Source of the DNA: Acidobacteriota bacterium
GTDB taxonomy: Bacteria > Acidobacteriota > Thermoanaerobaculia > Multivoradales > SZUA-115
Direction: 5' to 3'
NCBI GenBank assembly: GCA_024277255.1
Contig: JAJRVQ010000197.1
Span: 40,991 to 104,990, forward strand
Length of the DNA: 64,000 bases
Part shown: positions 8,585 to 17,516 of the stretch, in pieces
How positions within the stretch are numbered: position 1 is the first letter of the stretch
Layout of the letters: each line of letters starts with the position of its first letter
Made by a program: the position numbers and the translations under genes
Notes under the pieces: generated by a model
Told to the model about the DNA's origin: nothing
Databases searched by the model: none
The model's input: only the letters and a program-made list of their open reading frames with translations

Positions 8585-9205
8585 ATGAGTCGCAGGGTGC
8601 ATGCGCCACCGATGAACAACTTCATTCACCGTCGGCTCGGCCGACTCCTGGCGGGTGACCGCGCTGCGGCGGCCTGGCTCTACGACGAGTTCGCGCCCGG
8701 CCTCTATCACCGGCTGACGCTGCGCTACCGCCACGTGGCCGGCGTCGAGCCCGTCGACTTGCTGCACGACGCCTTCGTCTTTTTCCTACGGCCGAACAAC
8801 CGCGCCCTGCGCGAGTTCCTGCATCGGACCCCGCCCGCCGAGTGTTCATCCGCCGCTCTCGAGAAGCGTCTGTGGGACCTTGCCTGCGGCCTGGCGACAA
8901 ACCGAAGACGCTCGGCCTGGAGCCGCCGAGCGGTGCCCATGGCCGAAATTCGAGAGACCACCGAGGAGAGCAACGCCGAGCGCGGCACGATCGCCCGCGA
9001 CTCGCTCAAGAAACTCGACCGCTGCATCGAGGCGGAGACGCAGGAAGGCTACCTCTACTACCAGATGCGCTACGTGGACGGACTCAAACCGCGCCAAATC
9101 GCCGCTGCCACCGGCCAACCCGTGGGCGAGGTCTACCGTCTGAGAAGCGCGCTCGACCGAGCCTTGCGACGATGCGCCGAGCGTCTCGGGCTGTCCACGC
9201 CATGA
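8585..9205 (+). CDS. ECF-type RNA polymerase sigma-70 family factor
   Basis: Region-2-like DLLHDAFVFF and region-4 HTH (LYYQMRYVDGLKPRQIAAATGQPVGEVYRLRSALDRALRRCAERL). The start is ambiguous between ATG 8585 (GGGGGGAG abuts it) and ATG 8612. The stop overlaps the next gene (ATGA at 9202). Confidence 0.75.
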   Translation: MSRRVHAPPMNNFIHRRLGRLLAGDRAAAAWLYDEFAPGLYHRLTLRYRHVAGVEPVDLLHDAFVFFLRPNNRALREFLHRTPPAECSSAALEKRLWDLACGLATNRRRSAWSRRAVPMAEIRETTEESNAERGTIARDSLKKLDRCIEAETQEGYLYYQMRYVDGLKPRQIAAATGQPVGEVYRLRSALDRALRRCAERLGLSTP

Positions 9206-11982
9206 GGTGGTCGATCGGCGTATTGGCGCTCGGCGTCGTCCTCGCTGGCACCGGGGGCTGCCGGAGCGAGAGCCGGCGTGTGCCCTTCCCCATCGTCGTG
9301 CGCGGCCATCAGGATCTTGCGCTGGAGGCCGGAGACGGAGAGGTCACCACGGCGATTCCCCTCTTCGTAGGCTCCGGCGCAACCGCCGGCTTGTGCCTCG
9401 AAGTCCCGCCGACGGTCAATACCAGCTCATGGCTCGCCAGCCTCGACCTGGCGGGCAAACCTCTGGGGCCGGCGGCACCGCCAGCGGCGCGGATCGCGAC
9501 CACGGTCTGCTTCGAGGCCACCCTGCCCGAGGAGCCGCCGCCGGCCGAGACCATGGAGCTGTGCGGCTACCTCAAAGAGGGTGCCAGCGGGCAGAGGCGC
9601 CGCCTGCCCTGCCGGCGCGTGCGCCTGGTCGACCGCTTGGCCTGGGACGATCTGCGCCGCCGGCTCGGCATTGTACTCAGCGAGCAGGCGGCCTCCTCGA
9701 TGGAAGAACTGGCGGTGGCGCTCGATCGGCTGGCCGGCGAGGCGCGCACCGCCTCCCTGCCTCAGCTGGCGGTGCAGATCGACCTGATCACGGTGCACTT
9801 TCTCTCCGTAACCGGCCATCTGCGCGCCGCCGCCGACCGACTCGACGCCCTTCCGGCCTGGCTGGATCAGGGCCCAGCGAGCGATAGTGCCGCCCAGGCG
9901 GCCTACCTGCGAGCGCAGATCGCCCTGCTGGACGAGCGCCGCGCCGACGCCTGGCGCGCCCTCGACACCGCCGACCGGCTCTACCTGCGAACCGCCAACC
10001 CGCAGCGCTTCACCGTCGCCATGCAGCGCGCGGCACTACTCTCGGACGCAGGAGCCGGCCACGAAGCGGTCACCCACCTACGGCGACGACTGCGCCAGTG
10101 TGACGACGCGCAGTGCGATTGGGCACTGCTGGCGGCGGCCCGATTGCAGATGGCGCGGCTCGTCTTGTACGACCCGTTTCGCACCCACGACGAGGTGGAG
10201 GAAGCGCGCCGAAAACTGGCCGATCTTTCCTCGACGACACCTCCAACACGCCGCCTGCCGGCACTGATCGTCGACGCCGCCCTGCAACTGGAACTGGGGG
10301 AAGATCCGGCGGCGACCTTGGCCGCGGCGCGGGCCATGCTGCCGGCCTCCGCCGCAGCGCCGGACCACGACAGCAACCAGGGCTGGATCGTCTGGCTGGA
10401 GGCCAAGGCGGCGCTGGCGCGCGGCGACGGCGATGCGGCGCTCACCGCCTGCCGGCCGCTGGCCGCGAGTGGCGATCGCTCGATGGCTCCCTGGGCTTGG
10501 AGTTGCATCGCCCGCGCTCAGCACGCACGGGGCGAGCTGCGCGCCGCCGACCTGGCTTTCGGCAAGGCGCTCGCCCACCATGAACACACTTCCAGCGCCA
10601 GTCTCGGCCTGTCCCTGGCCTCAGGACTCGGCCCGCAAGCCGACGATGTCGCTCGGGCGGCGCGGGTGGCGGTCGAGCTCGACCAGCCCGAGCGCGCTTG
10701 GCGCTTGCTGGTACGACTCGACCAGCGCTCGTCCCACGAGGGGCGGCGGCGGCGCTGCCGGGAATCGGCGCGCTCACCCGCGGACATGGCGCGCTGGAAG
10801 GAGACCGACAACCAGATCCAGACGGCGCTCGCCGAGCTCAGCGATCTCGCCATGCCCGCTTCGTTGGCGCGCGAGGCCGACACCGAGCCGGTGCGCGACG
10901 CCCTCCAGGAGCGGCTGCAAGAGCTCTGGCGCACCTGGCCCGGCTGCGATGATTCACCGCAACCGATCGCCGACGGCGCCGACTTGCGCGCCTTCGCGCT
11001 CGATGACGAGGTCATCCTGCTCGCGCGACACGACGGCCGGATCACCACGGTCCGCCGCACGCCGCTCGATCGAAGGGCGCTCACCCGGCTGACCCAGCAG
11101 CTTTCGCTCGCTCTCGCCAACCATGATCTCGACGACGAAGAGTGGCGCCGGCGATTGGAGCCGATCGCCGCGGCACTGCTGCCGCCGGAGCTCAACGCTG
11201 CCAGCCCGACCATTGTTTACGCGCTCCACGGTGCACTCCAGGCCATCCCGCTAGCCGCCCTCCCCTTGCCCGCCGGTGCCGGCAAAGCGTGGTTCGGCGA
11301 TCTGGCGACCGTCGCCGTGCAGCCCGCCGGTGCGCAGAGTTCAGAGGCAGACCAGGGCGCCGAGGCCGCACCGCCCCTGTTCGTCGTCGACCCGCTCGGC
11401 GACCTGCCCCACGCCGGCCGTTCCATCGCGGCATACCGCCGCGCCTTCCCCGCCGCTCGCATCCTGCAGCGCGACGAGGCCACCCGCCGTGCCCTGCAGG
11501 ATCACCTCGACCAGGCCACCTGGCTGCATCTCGACGCCCACGCGACCTACGAGGCGGCCTTTCCCGAGCTTTCCAGCCTGCTCCTCGCCGACGGACCGCT
11601 CCGTCTGATCGAACTGGCGACGATGGCTGTTCCGCGACGCTTCGCCAACCTCAGCGGCTGCCGGACCGGCACCTGGCACCCCACCGCCGACAGCGGTCGC
11701 TACGGCCTCGGCGGCCTTATGGCTCGTCTCGGAGTGCCCTGGACGGTGGCGACCCGGGCCTCCCTTCCCGACCGGCTGGCCCGCGACTACAACACCGCCT
11801 TCTACGCGGCGATCGCCGGCGAGGCCACGGCGCCCGCGGCCCATCGCCTCGCCCTCGCCCGGTTGCGGCCGCGGTACCCGGCGGCGGCTTGGGGATCGCT
11901 GCTCTTGCTCTACGCACCACCGAGGGGCGAGCGGGGCGACGACGAGATTGAGCGACGAAAAACGCCCTTTGCCAACTCCTGA
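9202..11982 (+). CDS. TPR-like/CHAT domain protein (caspase-like Cys protease fold) with N-terminal signal/lipoprotein-like peptide
   Basis: Track ORF trimmed to ATG 9202 (MRWSIGVLALGVVLAGTGGC). C-terminal CHAT signature: LFVVDPLGDLP...ATWLHLDAHA (His codon 11539..11541) and FANLSGCRTG (Cys codon 11659..11661). The helical Ala/Leu/Arg-rich middle region is TPR-like. Confidence 0.8.
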   Translation: MRWSIGVLALGVVLAGTGGCRSESRRVPFPIVVRGHQDLALEAGDGEVTTAIPLFVGSGATAGLCLEVPPTVNTSSWLASLDLAGKPLGPAAPPAARIATTVCFEATLPEEPPPAETMELCGYLKEGASGQRRRLPCRRVRLVDRLAWDDLRRRLGIVLSEQAASSMEELAVALDRLAGEARTASLPQLAVQIDLITVHFLSVTGHLRAAADRLDALPAWLDQGPASDSAAQAAYLRAQIALLDERRADAWRALDTADRLYLRTANPQRFTVAMQRAALLSDAGAGHEAVTHLRRRLRQCDDAQCDWALLAAARLQMARLVLYDPFRTHDEVEEARRKLADLSSTTPPTRRLPALIVDAALQLELGEDPAATLAAARAMLPASAAAPDHDSNQGWIVWLEAKAALARGDGDAALTACRPLAASGDRSMAPWAWSCIARAQHARGELRAADLAFGKALAHHEHTSSASLGLSLASGLGPQADDVARAARVAVELDQPERAWRLLVRLDQRSSHEGRRRRCRESARSPADMARWKETDNQIQTALAELSDLAMPASLAREADTEPVRDALQERLQELWRTWPGCDDSPQPIADGADLRAFALDDEVILLARHDGRITTVRRTPLDRRALTRLTQQLSLALANHDLDDEEWRRRLEPIAAALLPPELNAASPTIVYALHGALQAIPLAALPLPAGAGKAWFGDLATVAVQPAGAQSSEADQGAEAAPPLFVVDPLGDLPHAGRSIAAYRRAFPAARILQRDEATRRALQDHLDQATWLHLDAHATYEAAFPELSSLLLADGPLRLIELATMAVPRRFANLSGCRTGTWHPTADSGRYGLGGLMARLGVPWTVATRASLPDRLARDYNTAFYAAIAGEATAPAAHRLALARLRPRYPAAAWGSLLLLYAPPRGERGDDEIERRKTPFANS

Positions 11983-11998
11983 TCGATTGAGGACCGTG

Positions 11999-12898
11999 AT
12001 GAGCGACCAACCCAGCGACCCGCGCAACGACCTACAGGCTGACCTACAGGGTGATCTACAGGGTGATCTTCGGGGCGACGACGAACTCGACCCCATGCTA
12101 TGTCAGATGGCGCTCGCCGACCGCGCCACCGGTCGCCGCATCGAGGGTGCGGAGGATACCGCCGACGATCGCCTTCTCGATGGCTTTCGCCACGGGACGC
12201 TGGCCGCGGACCCGCGCCGCAAGCTCGTCGGGCGGCTGCGCCGTGAGCCCGCTTTGCGCCGCAGGCTGGCGACGCGCGCCGGAGTCGCCCCGGCACCGCC
12301 CCCGGAGGTTCGCGCCCGTATCCTGGCCAAGATCGCACCGGCCAAACCGTCGCCGCGGCGGCGAGCTTGGCTGGCTCTCGCCACCGCGCTGGTCGTCGCC
12401 CTCGGCGTGACCCTCCTTCTCCCACCGAGCGATCTACCGCCGGAAGTCGCCTACAGCGTCGAGGTGCGCGGGATCGCCACCAGTCGCGACCCGTCAAGTG
12501 AGCCGGCCCTGGCCGAGGCCTTCGCCGGCACCACGGTGCGCATCGTGGCCCGCCCCGAGCTAACCCCAGCCACACCGCTGGAACTCGGTCTCTACCGCCT
12601 CGATCCCGGCCGTCTGGCGCGCGTCGCCGAGGCCGCTATCGCCATCGAGCGGCACGGCGGCGCGGTCACGCTGTCGGCCAAGGCTGGCGACCTGATCGCC
12701 GGCGAGCCCGGAGTCCACACCCTCTACCTGGCGGTGGCCCGCCCCGACGATCTGCCGGACAGCATGGCGACGAAAGCCGGTGAAAGACCCGAGGATCGTC
12801 TGGCCGGCGGCGGCCGGCGACGGGTCTACTCGATCACCGTCCGCTTGCTGCCCGAACCTACCGAAGACTCTCCTTACGACGGAGGAACCATGCCATGA
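11999..12898 (+). CDS. single-pass membrane protein, anti-sigma-factor-like topology
   Basis: ATG 11999 is preceded by GAGGA. About 95-aa N-terminal region (LLDGFRHGTLAADPRRKLVGRLRREPALRRRL), TM helix AWLALATALVVALGVTLLL, then about 180-aa outer domain. No HxxxCxxC zinc motif. Sits 17 nt after the CHAT stop and overlaps the next gene by ATGA. Confidence 0.55.
   Translation: MSDQPSDPRNDLQADLQGDLQGDLRGDDELDPMLCQMALADRATGRRIEGAEDTADDRLLDGFRHGTLAADPRRKLVGRLRREPALRRRLATRAGVAPAPPPEVRARILAKIAPAKPSPRRRAWLALATALVVALGVTLLLPPSDLPPEVAYSVEVRGIATSRDPSSEPALAEAFAGTTVRIVARPELTPATPLELGLYRLDPGRLARVAEAAIAIERHGGAVTLSAKAGDLIAGEPGVHTLYLAVARPDDLPDSMATKAGERPEDRLAGGGRRRVYSITVRLLPEPTEDSPYDGGTMP
12029..12076 (+). repeat. 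12-bp coding tandem repeat x4 (DLQA-DLQG-DLQG-DLRG)
   Basis: gacctacaggct / gacctacagggt / gatctacagggt / gatcttcggggc, read directly. Confidence 0.9.
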
Positions 12899-14484
12899 CC
12901 CGGATCCCATCGCCACGCTCCATCCTCTCTACCGCCTTGCTGACCATCGCCGCCACTCTCTGGGCGGCCCCGCTCCTCTCCTCCGAGGTGCATTGGTTGC
13001 GTACCGGCGCGACCTGCGCCGAGCCGGCGCCGAGCGAGAACACCATGGTGCTGGCCTGCGGCGCGGCGGGTCGCTTCTACCTCACCACCGATTCGAACCC
13101 ACCCGCCGTGGCCTGCGCCGCCGAGGCCGCCGGCACCGAGATGGCCGCCTTCTACGCACGATCGAACGTCGGCCCGGTGGGCATCTGTTTCTACCGCGAC
13201 GGCGGACCGTGGGTGGCGGTGGCCGACGTTCGCGGCCAGCGCAGCAAGAACGTCGGTTTTACCGTCTTGCAAAGCGCCGACGGCCTCCTCGATGTGGCGC
13301 TGCTCGACCTCGCCGCGGTCCACGACCGGATGCCGCAGAGAGTCGGCATGCCCAGTGACGCCCACCTGCTGACCGTCCTCTGCGACCTGGCCCAGAGCCT
13401 CGAAGGTGGAGTCGACGAGCCGCCGATCGCTCTCGTTCTACCCTTCGGTCGTTACCTTGAGGCGATGCCGGATTGCGACCTCGACGAAGCCTCTCTCACC
13501 TGCCAGATCGACCGTCTGCTGGCCCACCTGCACAACGCCCACGGCATCCTCGCCATCGCCGCCGCCGGCGATCACCGGGCTACGACCTTTCCCGCCGCGG
13601 CACCCCATGCGCTGGCGGTGGCCTCGATCGATCAAGGCCGCTTTCTCGTCTCGGGCGTGGCCGAGCCCTCGTGGGAATCGCCGCAACAAGCGACCGCGGT
13701 GATGACGGGACTCGGCGTCATGCTCGATCTCAATCGGGCCAATGGGCTGTGGGCTCCTCCCTCCGGATCACCCGTCGCCGCCGGGCTGTTCGCCGGCTGG
13801 CTCGCCGGCACCATCGCCGGCGGCGAGTGGCAGCCGCCGGAGCCCTTTCCTTTCGCCGCGTCGTGGGCGCCCTGGCCGGCGGCCGAGGGCTTCGTCCTCA
13901 CCCTCGACAACGCTCCACTCGCCGGCTCCGCCTTCGCCGGCGCCGACCTTCTCGTGCGCCGCGCTCTCGGCCTCGTGGAGACTGGAGAGCCCCCCCCGCT
14001 GTCCACCCCGGAAACCGTGCTCGTACGTACCGAAACGCCGATCACCCTGCCCGACCACACCCTGCCGTCCATCGTCGCATCACTCAACGACGAGTGGCCG
14101 CCGCTGCCCGATGTGCTGCCGTGTGTACCTTGCGCCAGCGTCAGGCCCCCATCGCCTCCCCCGGCGAATCCGGGAGATCCCGCCACGCCCAGCAGCGACA
14201 CGCTGGTCATCGACCTCTCCCTTTCGGGTTCGATCGGAGGGTTTTACGAGTTGACCGAACTTGCGTTACGAATCGGTGAGACCGTCTACCAACTCGATGG
14301 CGGCGATGACATCGCCCTGCTCTCCGCTTTGAGCGAAGGCACCGCGACCGCCATCGCCATCGCCGGCATCGACTTGGCGAGCCTCACCGCCAACGGCGAG
14401 TCCGCGGGGCTGGTCTTCCTCCTGACCTACAGCGGAACTCCCTTCTGGCATGGGACTCCGCTGTCGATCAGGACGGATGGTTAG
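12895..14484 (+). CDS. secreted protein with degenerate subtilase (S8)-like motifs
   Basis: Signal peptide MTRIPSPRSILSTALLTIAATLWAAPLLS. GILAIAAAGDHRATTFPAAAPHALAVASID resembles the S8 AAGN...PA...V.AV block. APPSGSPVAAGLFAGWLAG resembles GTSMAAPHVAG. Candidate Asp (VALLDLAA) and His (SDAHLL). Family assignment is by eye only. Confidence 0.5.
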   Translation: MTRIPSPRSILSTALLTIAATLWAAPLLSSEVHWLRTGATCAEPAPSENTMVLACGAAGRFYLTTDSNPPAVACAAEAAGTEMAAFYARSNVGPVGICFYRDGGPWVAVADVRGQRSKNVGFTVLQSADGLLDVALLDLAAVHDRMPQRVGMPSDAHLLTVLCDLAQSLEGGVDEPPIALVLPFGRYLEAMPDCDLDEASLTCQIDRLLAHLHNAHGILAIAAAGDHRATTFPAAAPHALAVASIDQGRFLVSGVAEPSWESPQQATAVMTGLGVMLDLNRANGLWAPPSGSPVAAGLFAGWLAGTIAGGEWQPPEPFPFAASWAPWPAAEGFVLTLDNAPLAGSAFAGADLLVRRALGLVETGEPPPLSTPETVLVRTETPITLPDHTLPSIVASLNDEWPPLPDVLPCVPCASVRPPSPPPANPGDPATPSSDTLVIDLSLSGSIGGFYELTELALRIGETVYQLDGGDDIALLSALSEGTATAIAIAGIDLASLTANGESAGLVFLLTYSGTPFWHGTPLSIRTDG

Positions 14485-14533
14485 CCTTTCCTTCTCACCG
14501 AATAGTGGCCCCGGGCAGCCTCTCTAGCGCCCT

Positions 14534-15877
14534 TCAATAGGCCGCGGCTCGTGCCCGGGTGCGCCCCGTGCGCCGAAGTTCCTCGGCCATCGACTCGATT
14601 TCCCGCAGGTCCTGCACCATTTCATTCCAGCCATACCACAGGGCATAGTCGGGGTTGGCGTGGAAGGTGCCCTGGAAGGCTCGCATGCGGTGCTTGAGAT
14701 GCATGGTGAAGAGGCGGTTCTCGATCGGGGTCGGCGAATCGTGGAAGGTCAGTAGATCGGGGAAGGCGTAGGCGTAGCTTTCCGGCTTCTCCAAGACGCC
14801 GTCGCGATAGAGCGCGGCGATGACCCGGATCGCCTTTGCCAGCAGACGATCGATCTCCTGGATCATCTGATCACCTTTCTCCAGCTCCGCGCGTGCGAAG
14901 TTGTCAGAGTGACATTCGCTGCAAACTCCGAGCATCTTCGTGCGCTCACGGTCGAAGTCGTGCTTGGTGAGGCGGGCAAGGTCCGCCTCCTGAACCACAT
15001 CTAGCCTTGCCGTCGGGTTGCCCTCGGGGTCGAGCACGCCGAGAGCCTGAAGGATCGTCACTCGGTCGGCCCACCACTCTTCGTCTTCGCCCGGATAGGG
15101 CGCTAACCCATCGGTACGCACGGCGAGGAAGCCCCAGGCGGTTCTCACCTCGTGGTCGCCTTCGACCATGTGGCAGGTCTGACAGGTCGGAGCAGAGGCG
15201 TTTTCCGGAAGGATCCCCTTCTGCTTCAGGTCGTAACGCGCCCCATGCTTGGAGGTCGAGTACATCTCCCATTGCGGATGATCGAACCCCATGTGGCAGC
15301 TCATGCAGGCCTGAGGCTGGCTGGCCTCCGCCACCGAAAAGCCATGCCGCGTATGGCAGGCGTCGCAGGAAGCGAAACCGAAGCCCGAGCCGTTTTTCTT
15401 GAGTTCGGCGATCTCCTCGTCGCTCTTCAAGCCGAGCTTGTGACAGCCTCCGCAGCCCTTCATGCCGTCGATCAACGCCGACGGCTTCCAGTGCGTGGTC
15501 GGCATCGCCTTCATGACCGCCCAGGCCTTGGCGTGCTTGCCTCTCGTGAACTGAGCCAAGCGCTCCTCGTGGCACGAGCCACACCGGTCGGCGGTCACCG
15601 TCACCAGATTGGCGACGTCGAATTCATTGACGTGGTCACCCAGGTGGCAACCGGTACAGCCAACGTCGTTGGCTCGATGGGCGCTGGTGTCCCAGTCTTC
15701 TACGATCCCGGGAGTGATCCCCCTATGACAGTCGATGCACTGCCGGCTGGCAGCGACGGATTCGGACCTTGCCTCGCCGTCACCCGTCTGCGTGCAAGCG
15801 CTCAGGGGCAGAACAATAATCGCGAACAAGAGAAAACATGGATGGCAAAAGCGCTGGGAGCACTCGAAAAAACTCAC
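14534..15877 (-). CDS. octaheme c-type cytochrome, hydroxylamine oxidoreductase (HAO) family, lipoprotein
   Basis: Eight CxxCH motifs (CIDCH, CTGCH, CGSCH, CGGCH, CDACH, CMSCH, CQTCH, CSECH). HAO-like block CDACHTRHGFSVAEASQPQACMSCHMGFDHPQWEMYSTSKHG. GTG start with AAGGAG 7 nt upstream. Lipobox LPLSAC. Confidence 0.85.
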   Translation of the reverse strand: MSFFECSQRFCHPCFLLFAIIVLPLSACTQTGDGEARSESVAASRQCIDCHRGITPGIVEDWDTSAHRANDVGCTGCHLGDHVNEFDVANLVTVTADRCGSCHEERLAQFTRGKHAKAWAVMKAMPTTHWKPSALIDGMKGCGGCHKLGLKSDEEIAELKKNGSGFGFASCDACHTRHGFSVAEASQPQACMSCHMGFDHPQWEMYSTSKHGARYDLKQKGILPENASAPTCQTCHMVEGDHEVRTAWGFLAVRTDGLAPYPGEDEEWWADRVTILQALGVLDPEGNPTARLDVVQEADLARLTKHDFDRERTKMLGVCSECHSDNFARAELEKGDQMIQEIDRLLAKAIRVIAALYRDGVLEKPESYAYAFPDLLTFHDSPTPIENRLFTMHLKHRMRAFQGTFHANPDYALWYGWNEMVQDLREIESMAEELRRTGRTRARAAAY

Positions 15878-16139
15878 GACTCAGCTCCTTGGTCGATGAA
15901 AACAAACACCTGTAGATATAGTCAGTATAGCAGCCCGTGGTGAAAGTCGTCCGTCGGCGAGAGTGAGGTTCGTCGAGGATTTTCCAACGCAGAGTCCCGG
16001 CCAGAGAGCCGCTCGGTGCCAGGGTAAGTTTCACCACGGGCCGATAGGCGACCGTCGAGATTCTAGCCATGACCGCCATCACGTGCGCCTCGGTCTGCGC
16101 CACCAAGATCCCTGGCTTCCCGAAATAGGGTGAGGCCTC

Positions 16140-16484
16140 CTACCTTTTCGACCCGCCGTCCCCCGGCGTGTAGAGCGGTACCGGAAAGTTGCTCACCGAG
16201 CCTCCCTCTTCCTTGTGGGGGACGATCCGCGCCGTTCCTTCGCGCTGCACTTCGTCGACCCGCACCACGGCATGCATCGGCACATAGAATCGCGCGACCC
16301 CCTCGAATTCGCTCTTCAAGCTCTCTTCCGAGGGGTCGATCACCACCTGCGAGCGCTCGCCGAAGAGTAACCCCGCCACCTCGATGAAGCCAAAGAGACC
16401 ACCTTGGGAGACCTCACGGGCATAGACCTCGTAGGTGTTTCCTTGGTTGAGGAAGATCACTCGATAAATCCGTTTTTCGCTCAT
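16140..16484 (-). CDS. DUF1820 family protein
   Basis: IYRVIFLNQGNTYEVYAREVSQGGLFGFIEV, typical of the small DUF1820 family. Recognised from memory. Confidence 0.7.
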   Translation of the reverse strand: MSEKRIYRVIFLNQGNTYEVYAREVSQGGLFGFIEVAGLLFGERSQVVIDPSEESLKSEFEGVARFYVPMHAVVRVDEVQREGTARIVPHKEEGGSVSNFPVPLYTPGDGGSKR

Positions 16485-16496
16485 CTCTGGCCCATT

Positions 16497-17516
16497 CTAC
16501 TCACCCAGCTGGTGACTGGAAGCGGTGGAAGTCTGTGGAGGCAGTCCCTCGAAGGCTGCCGCGGAGCCTACCTCCACCTGCCGGCACAGCCACCCAAGAG
16601 CCTGATCTTCCAGCCCCGCCGGGGCTTCGACGCCCAATCGAAGATTGGCCGGAAAGGCCACGTCGCCACCTTTTTCGATCCAGGCCACACTCAGCGAGTG
16701 TTCCTTGCCCTCCAAGACGGGGCGCAGGGTCCGCGCCGGCACCATCGGATCTTTCTCGGCCGCCACCAGCAGCGCGGGAACGGTGATCGATCCGAGGTGT
16801 GGAGCGACACTAGCTCTACGATAGTAGTCTGCGGCGCCGGCGAAGCCCCACCGCGGCGCTACCACCCGACCGTCCCACTCGCGCAAAGTTCTGATCTTGG
16901 CCGCTTGAGCCACCGGTAGCACCACCTCTTGCCGCTTCGCCACCGCCGAGTAGATCTCCAACAGGTTGGACAAGACGTAGCGCCGGTAGGGCCACAACCG
17001 CGGGCTATCGATCACCTGGTTGCAGAGTTCCAGATCGAGCGGCGAACAGATCGCCGCCACCGCCCGCAGCCTCGGATCAGGCGATCCTACATCGGCGCCC
17101 GAAGCGTAGCGCAGCACCAGGTGACCGCCCAGCGAGTATCCCAACAAGAAAACCGAGTCGTAGCGCATCAGCTCCGGCGCCTTGAGGACGCTATCGAGAT
17201 CGCGGCTGAGACCGGCGTGGTAATAGTCCTCACCACGGCGATCACACCCTCGCTGGTTGATGCGCAGGCAGGAAACGCCAGCGCGCGCCGCGGCTCTGGC
17301 CGCCCGTTGCGAATAGACGGCTTCGGCACAGCCGCCGATTCCGTGGACAACCACCAGCAGCGCCGCGGAATCGGCCTCGTGGCGCAGCCGGCCGGTAAGG
17401 CGAACCATGCCCAGCTGCGGGTCCTCCACATCGAGGAGCCAGCCCTGCGAATCCGGCGGTGGATCACACTGCCTCCACCGCGGAGCCAGCGTCCAGAAGT
17501 GACCGGAAATCGACAT
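16497..17516 (-). CDS. alpha/beta-fold hydrolase (YheT/ABHD1-3-like)
   Basis: VVVHGIGG...INQRGC...YHAG, nucleophile elbow LLGYSLGGH, and C-terminal TVPALLVAAEKDPMVP. Start is ATG 17516 (alternative 17543). Confidence 0.8.
   Translation of the reverse strand: MSISGHFWTLAPRWRQCDPPPDSQGWLLDVEDPQLGMVRLTGRLRHEADSAALLVVVHGIGGCAEAVYSQRAARAAARAGVSCLRINQRGCDRRGEDYYHAGLSRDLDSVLKAPELMRYDSVFLLGYSLGGHLVLRYASGADVGSPDPRLRAVAAICSPLDLELCNQVIDSPRLWPYRRYVLSNLLEIYSAVAKRQEVVLPVAQAAKIRTLREWDGRVVAPRWGFAGAADYYRRASVAPHLGSITVPALLVAAEKDPMVPARTLRPVLEGKEHSLSVAWIEKGGDVAFPANLRLGVEAPAGLEDQALGWLCRQVEVGSAAAFEGLPPQTSTASSHQLGE

Noticed and set aside
8402-8767. N-terminal extensions of track ORFs (giant gene to 8767, CHAT ORF from 8842, FG-GAP to 3420, POT to 44993, amidase to 58872, GreA-like from 52666, sigma to 57080)
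   Set aside because: The extensions overlap neighbouring genes or promoters, lack an SD, and precede obvious signal peptides or conserved N-termini. Internal starts with an SD or translational coupling fit better.
16015-16030. Minus-strand TGGCACCGAGCGGCT upstream of the HAO-like gene as a sigma54 promoter
   Set aside because: The GC dinucleotide is one position off the required GG-N10-GC spacing, and there is no TTGC.
15780-16106. 108-aa ORF upstream of and overlapping the cytochrome gene start
   Set aside because: It overlaps the well-supported GTG/AAGGAG start of the cytochrome gene. It has no SD and no motifs, and it lies in what looks like promoter DNA (TATACT/TATATC-like boxes at about 15911..15932).
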